Translations under genes and position numbers: made by a program | Shown: piece by piece, positions 30,494 through 39,482 of the stretch | Layout: each line of letters starts with the position of its first letter | Position numbering within the stretch: the first letter of the stretch is position 1 | Source of the DNA: Eubacteriales bacterium | Lineage (GTDB): Bacteria; Bacillota; Clostridia; Oscillospirales; CAG-382 | Assembly: GCA_045646465.1 (NCBI GenBank) | Contig: JAZRKT010000114.1 | Coordinates: 1 to 58,108, forward strand | Length of the DNA: 58,108 nt | Reading direction: 5' to 3' | Notes under the pieces: generated by a model | The model's database searches: none | Told to the model about the DNA's origin: nothing | The model's input: only the letters and a program-made list of their open reading frames with translations

Positions 30494-30787
30494 ATGAAAA
30501 AGCAATTATTCAGCGAGATTAGTCAAAAAGAAGTTATAAGCTGCTGTGACTGCACAAGACTTGGTTTTATTGTGGACGCCTGCATTGACATTGACAGTGC
30601 AACCGTCGTATCTGTAAATATTGAACTGCCAGGCGGCATATTCAGTTTTTTCCGCAAAAGGGTTATAACTTTACCGTGGGACTGCATAAAGAAAATCGGA
30701 GACGATCTTATTATCACCGAGTACATTCTTCCTCCTGTGCCGCCTCAGGAGCACAAGCCTTTCTGGAAAAGCATATTCGGCAAATAA
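30494..30787 (+). CDS. YlmC/YmxH-family PRC-barrel protein
   Basis: The internal ATG at 30494 (MKKQLFSEISQKEVI...G.IVD...D...) has AAGGGG upstream. About 97 aa, which is typical for the family. Confidence 0.65.
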   Translation: MKKQLFSEISQKEVISCCDCTRLGFIVDACIDIDSATVVSVNIELPGGIFSFFRKRVITLPWDCIKKIGDDLIITEYILPPVPPQEHKPFWKSIFGK

Positions 30788-30842
30788 GGCTGTAATTGAA
30801 AATGCTTTAAAAGTCATCAATCACAGCCTTAAATATTATCTT

Positions 30843-32237
30843 TTAAACGGTAGTTATCTTATTTTCAGTATCAGTATTGGAGTCAAGTCCGTTTTCGACA
30901 AGCTTTCTGTTTTCGAAGAACTTTACTGCGACCTGATCAAAGAGTGCGTATGAAAGAACGTCCTCATCCTGCATCATATACTGAGCACATTCAGCCTTAA
31001 GCTTTTCAAGCTCAGGCTTAATGTTATCTGCAGGTCTGCAGGTAATCTGCTTTTCGTCGCCGATAACCTTCTTCTTAACTTCCTCATTGATAGGCATAGG
31101 TGTCTTACCATATTCGCCTCTTACAAGACCCTTGAATTCCTTTGTTACCATCTTATAGCGTTCACCGGAAATTACATTCATAACAGCCTGTGTACCTACA
31201 ATCTGGCTTGAAGGAGTTACAAGAGGAGGATAACCTACGTCTGCTCTTACTCTCGGCACTTCTTCAAGAACTTCAAGAAGCTTATCGCTCTTACCTGCGT
31301 TCTTAAGCTGTGAAACAAGGTTGGAAAGCATTCCGCCGGGCACCTGATAAAGAAGTGCGTTAACGTCAACCTTAAGCACCTTAGGATCAAGAAGACCGCT
31401 TGCCAGATACTTTTCGCGTAAAGCATCAAACTGCTTTGATGCCTTATCAAGCTTTGCAAGGTCAAGACCTGTATCATACTGTGTACCTGCAAGAGTAGCA
31501 ACAATAGGCTCTGTCGGAGGCTGTGAAGTACCCATAGCAAGTGGAGAAATAGCTGTATCAATAATGTCAACACCTGCTTCAACAGCCTTGAGAACTGTCA
31601 TTGATGCAAGACCTGCTGTGTAGTGAGTATGAAGCTGAAGAGGAATCTTTACATTTTCCTTAAGAGCCTTAACAAGCTCATAAGAATCGTAAGGTTTTAA
31701 CAGCCCTGCCATATCCTTGATACAGATAGAGTCTGCACCCATTTCTTCAAGCTGCTTTGCGTACTTTACATAGTACTCTGTTGTATAGGAAGGACCTGTT
31801 GTATAGCTGAATGCAGCCTGTACGTGTCCGCCTTCCTTCTTGGTTGCGGTAATTGCTGTTTTAAGGTTACGGGTATCGTTAAGAGCATCGAAAATTCTGA
31901 TGATATCAATACCGTTTGCAATAGACTTCTGAACAAAGTATTCAACAACGTCATCAGCATAGTGTCTGTAACCGAGAATATTCTGACCTCTGAAAAGCAT
32001 CTGAAGCTTAGAATTTTTGATATGACTTCTGATAGTTCTCAGTCTCTTCCAAGGGTCTTCATTAAGGAATCTGAGGCAAGCATCAAATGTAGCACCGCCC
32101 CAAACCTCCATGGCATAATAGCCGATATCGTCAAGTGAATCGAGAATGGGAAGCATTTCTTCCGTAGTCATACGTGTAGCAACAAGAGACTGATGCGAAT
32201 CACGCAGAGCTGTTTCCATAATTTTAACGTTAGCCAT
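30843..32237 (-). CDS. Oxaloacetate decarboxylase alpha / transcarboxylase 5S-type carboxyltransferase (no biotinyl domain)
   Basis: ETALRDSHQSL...EVWGGATFD...LFRGQN TIM-barrel signature of the PYC/OADA family. At 464 aa it ends before any AMKM biotin domain. Confidence 0.85.
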   Translation of the reverse strand: MANVKIMETALRDSHQSLVATRMTTEEMLPILDSLDDIGYYAMEVWGGATFDACLRFLNEDPWKRLRTIRSHIKNSKLQMLFRGQNILGYRHYADDVVEYFVQKSIANGIDIIRIFDALNDTRNLKTAITATKKEGGHVQAAFSYTTGPSYTTEYYVKYAKQLEEMGADSICIKDMAGLLKPYDSYELVKALKENVKIPLQLHTHYTAGLASMTVLKAVEAGVDIIDTAISPLAMGTSQPPTEPIVATLAGTQYDTGLDLAKLDKASKQFDALREKYLASGLLDPKVLKVDVNALLYQVPGGMLSNLVSQLKNAGKSDKLLEVLEEVPRVRADVGYPPLVTPSSQIVGTQAVMNVISGERYKMVTKEFKGLVRGEYGKTPMPINEEVKKKVIGDEKQITCRPADNIKPELEKLKAECAQYMMQDEDVLSYALFDQVAVKFFENRKLVENGLDSNTDTENKITTV

Positions 32238-32281
32238 TGTTTATTTCCTTTCTTAAATGGAAAGCTATTCAAATAACTTAA

Positions 32282-33496
32282 TTAGTGAGGAATTGTTGCA
32301 AGGAATACACCTGCAGCTACTGCAGAACCGATAACACCTGCAACATTTGGACCCATTGCGTGCATGAGAAGGAAGTTGGAAGGATTCTCCTTCTGACCAA
32401 CCGTCTGTGCAACTCTTGCTGCCATAGGAACAGCAGAAACACCTGCTGAACCGATAAGAGGATTGATTTTGCCGCCTGAAAGAAAGCACATAATCTTCGC
32501 AAGAAGAAGTCCGCCGAGGGTAGCAAAAGCAAAAGCTGTAAGACCTAGAACAATGATAAGAAGTGTATCTGTCTTAAGGAAGCTTTCTGCATCTGCAGTA
32601 ATACCAACTGAAACGCCCAGGAATATAGTAACTATATTACAAAGCTCATTCTGTGCAGTTTTGGAAAGTCTGTCTGTAACACCACACACATTAAAGAGGT
32701 TACCAAGCATAAGAAAACCTACAAGGGGTGCTGCATCAGGAAGGATAAGAGCCACAACTGCAGAAACAAGTATGGGGAATATTATCTTTTCTGTCTTTGA
32801 AACAGGACGAAGCGTAGACATATCCATCTTAATCTGACGTTCCTTTTTGGTTGTAACAAGCTTCATAAGAGGAGGCTGAATAATAGGAATAAGTGCCATA
32901 TACGAGTAAGCTGCAACCGCAATTGCACCTAAAAGATGAGGAGCAAGAGTCTTTGTAACAAGAATTGCAGTAGGACCGTCAGCACCACCTATGATACCTA
33001 TTGAAGCTGCTTCCTGAGGTGAAAAGCCAAGCGCAATAGCACCTGTAAAAGCAACATAAATACCAAACTGAGCACCAGCACCCAAAAGAAGGCTGGAGGG
33101 CTTAGCTATAAGAGGTGTAAAGTCTGTCATTGCACCGATTGCAAGGAAAATAAGTGAAGGATAAATACCAAGCTTAACACCAAGGTACAAATAGTCCATA
33201 AGACCGCCGTGAGCACCTATTTCAGCCCAGTTAATTATACTCTCCTCATTGATAAACCATTCCTTATGGAAAAGTCCTGTACCGGGAAGGTTAGCGAGCA
33301 GCATACCGAAGGCAATAGGCAAAAGTAACAGAGGCTCAAAGCCCTTACCAATAGCAAGGTATATTAGCACGCCTGAAATTACGAACATTATGAGAGTTTT
33401 AACAAAGGCAGTATTAAGATCGCCGTTTTCAAAAAACAGCATCTTATAGATACCCGTTGTCTCCCACAAGTTCAACAAGCTATCTAAAAAATTCAT
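32282..33496 (-). CDS. Na+-translocating decarboxylase beta subunit (OadB/MmdB/GcdB family)
   Basis: Polytopic membrane protein with the family-typical IGGADGPT and GAQFGIYVA stretches. Confidence 0.88.
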   Translation of the reverse strand: MNFLDSLLNLWETTGIYKMLFFENGDLNTAFVKTLIMFVISGVLIYLAIGKGFEPLLLLPIAFGMLLANLPGTGLFHKEWFINEESIINWAEIGAHGGLMDYLYLGVKLGIYPSLIFLAIGAMTDFTPLIAKPSSLLLGAGAQFGIYVAFTGAIALGFSPQEAASIGIIGGADGPTAILVTKTLAPHLLGAIAVAAYSYMALIPIIQPPLMKLVTTKKERQIKMDMSTLRPVSKTEKIIFPILVSAVVALILPDAAPLVGFLMLGNLFNVCGVTDRLSKTAQNELCNIVTIFLGVSVGITADAESFLKTDTLLIIVLGLTAFAFATLGGLLLAKIMCFLSGGKINPLIGSAGVSAVPMAARVAQTVGQKENPSNFLLMHAMGPNVAGVIGSAVAAGVFLATIPH

Positions 33497-33524
33497 TAGA
33501 ATGCACCTCGTATTTCGTTATAAC

Positions 33525-33926
33525 TTATGCGAGAGTAAAGAGAACATCTCCGGAGTTAACGGAAGCGCCCTTTTGTGCAACAACTGAGGTGATTTTACCG
33601 TCGCGGGGAGCAACGATATCGTTTTCCATCTTCATAGCTTCAAGTACGCAAAGAACGTCGCCACTCTTTACTGTAGCACCGTTTTCAACATTGATTTTAA
33701 GAACGGTACCGTTAAGAGGTGCATTGATCTGTTCGCCTGCACCGGGTGCTGCCGCAGGTGCTGCAGGTGCTGCGGCGGGTGCGGGTACTGCTGCCACAGG
33801 TGCAGGAGCCGCTGCGGGTGCTGCTACAGGTGCCGCTGCTACGGGAGCTGCTGCAACTGCGCCTATTTCTTCTACTGTAACATCGTAAACTACGCCGTTA
33901 ACTGTAACACTATATTGCTTAGCCAT
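33525..33926 (-). CDS. Biotin carboxyl carrier protein (1.3S/MmdC-like)
   Basis: Ala/Pro-rich linker followed by a biotinyl domain with the EAMKMEN attachment motif. Confidence 0.9.
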   Translation of the reverse strand: MAKQYSVTVNGVVYDVTVEEIGAVAAAPVAAAPVAAPAAAPAPVAAVPAPAAAPAAPAAAPGAGEQINAPLNGTVLKINVENGATVKSGDVLCVLEAMKMENDIVAPRDGKITSVVAQKGASVNSGDVLFTLA

Positions 33927-33959
33927 AATAATAATCTCCTTATAATTAGTAAAGATTTT

Positions 33960-34376
33960 TTACTTTCTCTTTTTAAATGATACTACTCTGAATCCGCCGT
34001 TCTGACCATTTGTGCCTCTGAAGGCAGTTATTGCAGCAATAATAGCAGCAACTATATCGTTTTGGCTTGAAACAACGGGTGCAGCAGCAACAGGTGCCTG
34101 CTCTGCTTGTTTTGCCTTCTCTTTCTTTGGTTCATTATTAACTGCCGGCTTTGCAGGTGCTTTAGTCTTTGCCTCAGCAGCACCGAAAATCCTGCCAAAA
34201 GTATAAATAACAATCATAAGAAGTGCAAGCACGCCGAAAACTACCGAAAAACCGAAGAGAGAAAATGGAAGTCCGTAAGAAATAGCCTTACCGACAGCCT
34301 CTCCTGAAACGGGGGCAAACTTTTCGGAATAAAACGCCATATCAACAGCAGTATCCAACAACTGTAAATTATTCAT
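33960..34376 (-). CDS. OadG-family small membrane subunit (gamma/delta) with an Ala/Pro/Lys-rich tail
   Basis: A single transmembrane helix (FSLFGFSVVFGVLALLMIVIY), then AEAKTKAPAKPAV... The start is ambiguous: ATG 34376 has GGTGG upstream, while the alternative ATG 34397 overlaps the upstream stop. Confidence 0.7.
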   Translation of the reverse strand: MNNLQLLDTAVDMAFYSEKFAPVSGEAVGKAISYGLPFSLFGFSVVFGVLALLMIVIYTFGRIFGAAEAKTKAPAKPAVNNEPKKEKAKQAEQAPVAAAPVVSSQNDIVAAIIAAITAFRGTNGQNGGFRVVSFKKRK

Positions 34377-34396
34377 AATTACACCACCAATTCTCA

Positions 34397-35881
34397 TTAA
34401 AGGGATGCAAATTCATTTTTCATTGAAAGCATTTCAAGTGCACTTGCAATCTTAACTCTCAATTCTTCAGCAGGGATAATGTCATCAACCTGTCCGCTTT
34501 GTGCAGCAAGAAGAGGAGTTGACATAAGAAGAGCCCATTCTTCTTCAAGAGCCTTTCTCTTTTCAATGGGAGCCTTAGCACCAAGCATTTTCTCTGTCCA
34601 CATAAGTGAAACGGAAGCTACAGGATTAAGAACTCCGATTTTAGCACTGTCAAGAGCAATAACTACATCAGCACCAAGCTCCTTTGAGCCCATAACAGTA
34701 AATGCAGTGCCGTAAGCTTCGCCTACGTTTACAGTTACCATAGGAACACTTGCACTACAATAGCTCTGAGCAAGAAGAGCTGCTTCTGCACTCATTCTGC
34801 CGCCCTTTGCTTCGCAAGAAACACTAAAGCCCTTCGTGTCAACAAGTGTAAGAATAGAAATACCAAAGGTATCACATAACTTAATAAAAGCAGTTGCCTT
34901 TCTGATACAGCCTGTGCAAAGCTTTCCGCCTTCCTTTGGATTATTTGCAACAACACCTGTAACAATACCGTTTACTGTCATAAGCGCGGTTACAACGGAC
35001 TTAGACTTACCAGCATTAAGCTCAAGATACTTTCCGCCATCAGCAATTGCTGTAACAACGCCGTGGACATCATAGCCTTCAGAAGCAACAATTGAAGCAA
35101 CCTCGCCTGTCGCTCTGTTTGCATCGTCTTCAACGCCTGTATAAACGTTTTTATCAAGCTTATTTGAAGGAAGATATGAAAGAAGCTCCTTAACGTTCTC
35201 AAAAGCCTGTGCTGCACTCTTTGCACTAAGTGCAACATTTCCTGCTTTTACAGAATACTCACAAGAGCCGATTTCCTTATCAGCACCTTCGTTAACGAGC
35301 ACAGATGCAGGAGTCTGAGTAAAGGATGCGCCCTCTGCCATAACTACAATATCAGCCATTGAAGCGATAGTTGCGGCAGCACCTGCAGTATTTCCTGCTA
35401 CTACAGCTATCTGAGGCACCTTTCCCTTAAGACAGGAAGCCTTCTTCATCACCTTACCGTAGCCTGCGAGAACATCAATGCCCTCTTCAAGCTTTGCACC
35501 GTTTGAGTCAAATACGCTCACCACAGGTGCACCGTTTTTCTTTGCCATATCATAAAGTGCTGCAATTTTATCTGCCGCCGCTTTTGAAAAAGCTCCGTTA
35601 AGTCTTGCAGCGTTCTGTGCATAAACAAACGTTAGACGTCCGTCTACCGCACCGTAACCACAAACAACACCCTCATATTCCTCTGTGTCAGAAGTGGCAA
35701 GTTCGTTAGCATAAGCCTTTACATAAGCATTTGTTTCTACAAATGTTCCTTCGTCAAGGAGCATTCCGATAAGTTCGTAAGCAGTAAATTTTCCTGCTTT
35801 ATGGAGTTTATCGGCTGCCGTCTTGTCATTGAGCATCTTCTTTGCTTTTACAAGGCTTTGGCTTCTTTTTTGTAAATCCAT
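34397..35881 (-). CDS. Acyl-CoA carboxyltransferase (12S/MmdA/PccB family), divergent
   Basis: Two-lobed carboxyl-transferase layout (GKFTAYELIGMLLDEGTFVE, VVCGYGAVDGR, DSNGAKLEEGIDVLAGYG, TLVDTKGF). The usual GGA motifs are altered (AGNTAGAAA). Confidence 0.75.
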   Translation of the reverse strand: MDLQKRSQSLVKAKKMLNDKTAADKLHKAGKFTAYELIGMLLDEGTFVETNAYVKAYANELATSDTEEYEGVVCGYGAVDGRLTFVYAQNAARLNGAFSKAAADKIAALYDMAKKNGAPVVSVFDSNGAKLEEGIDVLAGYGKVMKKASCLKGKVPQIAVVAGNTAGAAATIASMADIVVMAEGASFTQTPASVLVNEGADKEIGSCEYSVKAGNVALSAKSAAQAFENVKELLSYLPSNKLDKNVYTGVEDDANRATGEVASIVASEGYDVHGVVTAIADGGKYLELNAGKSKSVVTALMTVNGIVTGVVANNPKEGGKLCTGCIRKATAFIKLCDTFGISILTLVDTKGFSVSCEAKGGRMSAEAALLAQSYCSASVPMVTVNVGEAYGTAFTVMGSKELGADVVIALDSAKIGVLNPVASVSLMWTEKMLGAKAPIEKRKALEEEWALLMSTPLLAAQSGQVDDIIPAEELRVKIASALEMLSMKNEFASL

Positions 35882-35951
35882 ACGTCTACCTCCATATTGA
35901 TTCTGAAACAGGCTTTCGGAAGTTTCCCAACTTCCGCCCCATTATGAAAAC

Positions 35952-35980
35952 ATTATACAACATTGTTAAATTATTTTCAA
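35952..35980 (-). promoter_or_regulatory. SigA-type promoter of the decarboxylase operon
   Basis: The minus strand reads TTGAAA-17 nt-TATAAT, about 65 nt upstream of the carboxyltransferase ATG. A GGAAGTT/AACTTCC hairpin sits in the leader. Confidence 0.65.
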
Positions 35981-36024
35981 TACTATTATTCCAAATAGTT
36001 ACAATTAAATTGTTAATTTTTTTG

Positions 36025-36351
36025 TTATTGTGGAATAATTTCCAACAAAAATTCAAGACTCTGTCTCAGAAGATAAAAAGAATCCCTGAAAAAGTAATAA
36101 TTGAGAACGGCACTCAGCGGCACAAGGAAACGGAAAAGCAGTTTACTTGTCTTATGGTTAAACACAAGCATTCCGAACATTGCCCCTATTCCGCCAAAAA
36201 ACAGCGAAAGAAGCAAAAGTATAATTTCGGGTATTCTTGACTTTTTCTTTTTAGCCAACAGTTTATCAAAGCCAAAAAGCAAAAACAGCAAAACATTGAG
36301 AAAAACTATTATTTCCCAGGTTGTAATAATAAAATCACCAATTGTTATCAT
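36025..36351 (-). CDS. DUF1294-family small membrane protein
   Basis: FGFDKLLAKKKKSRIPE...GGIGAMFGMLVFNHKTSK signature. The start is set at ATG 36351, with GAGGT 7 nt upstream. Confidence 0.7.
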   Translation of the reverse strand: MITIGDFIITTWEIIVFLNVLLFLLFGFDKLLAKKKKSRIPEIILLLLSLFFGGIGAMFGMLVFNHKTSKLLFRFLVPLSAVLNYYFFRDSFYLLRQSLEFLLEIIPQ

Positions 36352-36421
36352 ATAGACTACCTCAAAAAAGCACACGGAAAGCAAAAAACATTCCATGTGC
36401 CTTTGTATTATCGAATAATTC

Positions 36422-37630
36422 TTACTTTACAAGAGCGTATGTATCTCTTGCTATCATAAGTTCTTCATTTGTGGGGATTACAAGCATCTTAACCTTGGCA
36501 TCCTTTGTGGAAATGTCATTTTCATCGCTTGTTCTCTTTGCCTTTTCGTTTACAGCCTCGTCGATTTCAACGCCCATAAACTTAAGATTCTGTGCCACTC
36601 TTGTTCTGTACTGAGGATTGTTTTCACCGATACCGCCTGTAAATACAACAGCATCAATACCGCCCATAGCCGCTGCAAAGCCGCCAACGTACTTTGTAAT
36701 CTGGTGGCAAAGCATACTTTCAATAAGCTGATATCTTTCGTTGCCGTTCTTAGCACCGTCTTCGATATCTCTGTTATCGCTTGTTACGCCGCCGGTAACA
36801 CCGAGAATACCTGACTGCTTATTGAGCATCTTATCAACATCAGAAGCACTCATACCTTCCTTTTCCATAAGGAAAGGAATTATTGCAGGGTCGATAGAAC
36901 CGCTTCTTGTGCCCATCATAAGGCCTTCAAGAGGAGTAACACCCATAGTTGTATCAAAGCTCTTACCGCCCTTAACTGCAGTAATGGAAGAACCGTTACC
37001 GAGATGGCAGGTTACGATATTGATTTCTTCAGGCTTCTTGCCAAGCATTTCAGCAGCACGAGCAGTTACATATCTGTGAGATGTGCCGTGGAAGCCGTAA
37101 CGGCGAAGCTTGTACTTTTCATAATACTGATAAGGAATGGGATACATATATGCAAAATCAGGCATTGTCTGATGGAAGCTTGTATCAAATACGCCTACCT
37201 GAGGTACATCCTTGCCCATAATTTCTTCACAAGCCTTGATACCTGTGATGTTTGCAGGGTTATGCAGAGGGCTAAGTGACGAGCATTCCTTGATAGCATC
37301 AATTACTTCGTTTGTAATCATAACAGAGCCAGAGAACTTTTCTCCGCCGTGTACAACTCTGTGTCCAACTGCCGAAATTTCGCTCATAGCGGAAATAACG
37401 CCGTGCTCCTTATCAGTAAGAGCATCAACAACAAGCTTAATACCTGCTGCATGGTCGGGAATATCAACCTCAACCTTATACTCTGTTCCGTCTGCATTCT
37501 TCTGCTTAAAGTTACCGCCGTCAATGCCGATTCTGTCGCACTGACCCTTAGCAAGAAGATTTTCGTTTGTCATGTCGATAAGCTGATACTTAATGGAGGA
37601 CGAGCCTGCATTTATTACCAATACTTTCAT
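36422..37630 (-). CDS. ackA: Acetate kinase
   Basis: MKVLVINAGSSSIKYQL, VGHRVVHGG, RRYGFHGTSH and FTGGIGEN motifs. Confidence 0.95.
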   Translation of the reverse strand: MKVLVINAGSSSIKYQLIDMTNENLLAKGQCDRIGIDGGNFKQKNADGTEYKVEVDIPDHAAGIKLVVDALTDKEHGVISAMSEISAVGHRVVHGGEKFSGSVMITNEVIDAIKECSSLSPLHNPANITGIKACEEIMGKDVPQVGVFDTSFHQTMPDFAYMYPIPYQYYEKYKLRRYGFHGTSHRYVTARAAEMLGKKPEEINIVTCHLGNGSSITAVKGGKSFDTTMGVTPLEGLMMGTRSGSIDPAIIPFLMEKEGMSASDVDKMLNKQSGILGVTGGVTSDNRDIEDGAKNGNERYQLIESMLCHQITKYVGGFAAAMGGIDAVVFTGGIGENNPQYRTRVAQNLKFMGVEIDEAVNEKAKRTSDENDISTKDAKVKMLVIPTNEELMIARDTYALVK

Positions 37631-37668
37631 TTCTGTTCTTCCTTTCAATTATGGGATTTACCCTATTA

Positions 37669-38613
37669 TTATTTTTTAAGTTCAAGTGCCGCTTTAACCT
37701 TTGCGACAACGCTTTCGGCGTCAAGTCCGAATACAGGAATAAGCTCTGTTGCCTTACCTGACTTACCGTATGTATCGTTAACACCAAGCTTAAGTACAGG
37801 AACAGGCTTTGCACTTTCGCAAACAACTTCACTTACCGCGCTACCAAGACCGCCGATAATGTTATGCTCTTCGCAGGTTACAATTACGCCTGTCTTTTCA
37901 GCACTTTCAAGAATAAGCTCTTTGTCAATAGGCTTAATACAGGGCATATTTATAATTCTCGCGCTGATACCCTCAGCCTTAAGAGTCTCGTTGGCTTCAA
38001 GAGCAATTGATGTCATAAGACCGGTTGCAATAATGGTAACGTCACTTCCCTCGTGAAGAACGCTGCCTTTACCAATTTCAAACTTGAAGGTAGCCTTATC
38101 GAAAATCTGAGGAACGGCGAGTCTGCCGAATCTCATATAAACGGGACCCACATAGTTAATCGCCGCTTCAACGCACGCTCTTGCTTCGATAGCATCAGCA
38201 GGATTAAGAATAACCATACCGGGTATAGTTCTCATAAGTGCGATGTCCTCATTACACTGATGAGTCGCTCCGTCTTCACCGACTGTAATACCTGCATGAG
38301 TAGCACCGATTTTAACATTAAGGTGAGGATAGCCGATAATATTTCTAACCTGTTCGTAAGCTCTGCCTGCCGCAAACATAGCAAAGGAGCTTGCAAATAC
38401 AGCCTTACCTGTTGCCGCAATACCTGCCGCAACTCCCATCATATTTCCTTCTGCGATACCGCAGTCAAAGAATCTGTCTGGGAAAGCTTTCTTGAATGTA
38501 CCTGTCTTTGTTGCTGCTGCAAGGTCGGCATCGAGAACGACAAAATCATACTTTTCGCCAAATTCGGCAAGCGCATTTCCGTAGGCTTCACGTGTAGCCA
38601 TTTTTTCTGCCAT
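37669..38613 (-). CDS. Transketolase, C-terminal (pyrimidine-binding) subunit
   Basis: TREAYGNALAE..., FFDCGIAEGNMMGVAAG and HAGITVGEDGATHQ. The start is ATG 38613, with GGAGGT 7 nt upstream. Confidence 0.9.
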   Translation of the reverse strand: MAEKMATREAYGNALAEFGEKYDFVVLDADLAAATKTGTFKKAFPDRFFDCGIAEGNMMGVAAGIAATGKAVFASSFAMFAAGRAYEQVRNIIGYPHLNVKIGATHAGITVGEDGATHQCNEDIALMRTIPGMVILNPADAIEARACVEAAINYVGPVYMRFGRLAVPQIFDKATFKFEIGKGSVLHEGSDVTIIATGLMTSIALEANETLKAEGISARIINMPCIKPIDKELILESAEKTGVIVTCEEHNIIGGLGSAVSEVVCESAKPVPVLKLGVNDTYGKSGKATELIPVFGLDAESVVAKVKAALELKK

Positions 38614-38626
38614 TTTCGTTACCTCC

Positions 38627-39457
38627 TTACTTAGCAAGAGCAAGTTCAATGCTCTCAAGATCCTTCATACCGATTTCGTACAATTCCTTGTTGGGAGCAG
38701 AGCCGTGCCATGAGCACTGGTTTTCCATATAGGAAACGCCCTTGCCCTTCACAGTCTTACAAATAACCGCAAAAGGCTTATCGGACTTCTTTGCAGCCTT
38801 TACAGCCCCATCGATTTCGTCAAAATTATGACCGTCAATAACTGCAACATTCCAGCCGAATGCCTTGAACTTTTCATCAAGAGGACTGGGATTCATAACC
38901 TCGCTTACAGGTCCGTCAATCTGAAGACCGTTGAAGTCAACAAATACGCAAAGGTTATTAAGACCGTTGTGTGCAGCAAACATTGCAGCTACTCAAACCT
39001 GTCCTTCCTCCGATTCACCGTCGCCGAGAATGGAATATACTCTGTAAGACTTTTCGGAAATTTTGCCGCTGAGCGCCATTCCGCAAGCTGCGGAAATACC
39101 GAGACCCAGCGAGCCTGTAGACATATCAACGCCGGGTATATTCTTCATATCAGGATGTCCCTGAAGATAGCTGTCCTTATGTCTGAAGGTTTTGAGGTCT
39201 TCCTTGGGGAAAAATCCCTTTTCGGCAAGTGCTGCATAAAGAGCAGGAGAAGTATGTCCCTTTGAGAGTACAAATCTGTCTCTGTCCTCCATTTTGGGAT
39301 TCTTGGGGTCAACATTCATTTCCTCAAAGTACAAATATGCAAGAATATCTGCAATACCCAAAGAGCCGCCGGGATGACCGGAAGCAGCAGAATAAACGGC
39401 AGTCAATACACCCTTACGGATTTCATTGGCAACCTTTGCGAGTATAATTTTATCCAT
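38627..39457 (-). pseudogene. Transketolase, N-terminal (TPP-binding) subunit, interrupted by a single in-frame TGA at 38993..38995
   Basis: ORFs 38993..39457 and 38627..38983 lie in the same frame. Together they read ...GDGESEEGQV*VAAMFAAHNGLNNL..., and the stop falls where homologues carry Trp (GQVWEAAM). Confidence 0.8.
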
Positions 39458-39482
39458 CAGACTTCCTCCTATGGTAAACTAT

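Noticed and set aside
33457-33888. A plus-strand ORF encoding an Ala/Gly/Thr repeat protein (...AAGAAGAAAGAGTAATGAGAAAGAATGAAATGAAAT...).
   Set aside because: It is the reverse complement of the Ala/Pro linker of the biotin carrier protein, whose minus-strand reading ends in a canonical EAMKMEN biotinyl domain. It is an artefact of repeat symmetry.
38993-38995. The in-frame TGA in the transketolase gene as evidence for an alternative genetic code (UGA read as Trp or Gly, codes 4/25) or for selenocysteine.
   Set aside because: TGA clearly terminates several well-delimited genes in this window: DRTGG 1260..1262, the PBP 21964..21966, lspA 40426..40428 and miaA 48128..48130. The position corresponds to Trp, not Cys or Sec, in homologues. 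I also see no SECIS-like hairpin immediately downstream. I report it as a nonsense codon, sequencing error or read-through candidate.
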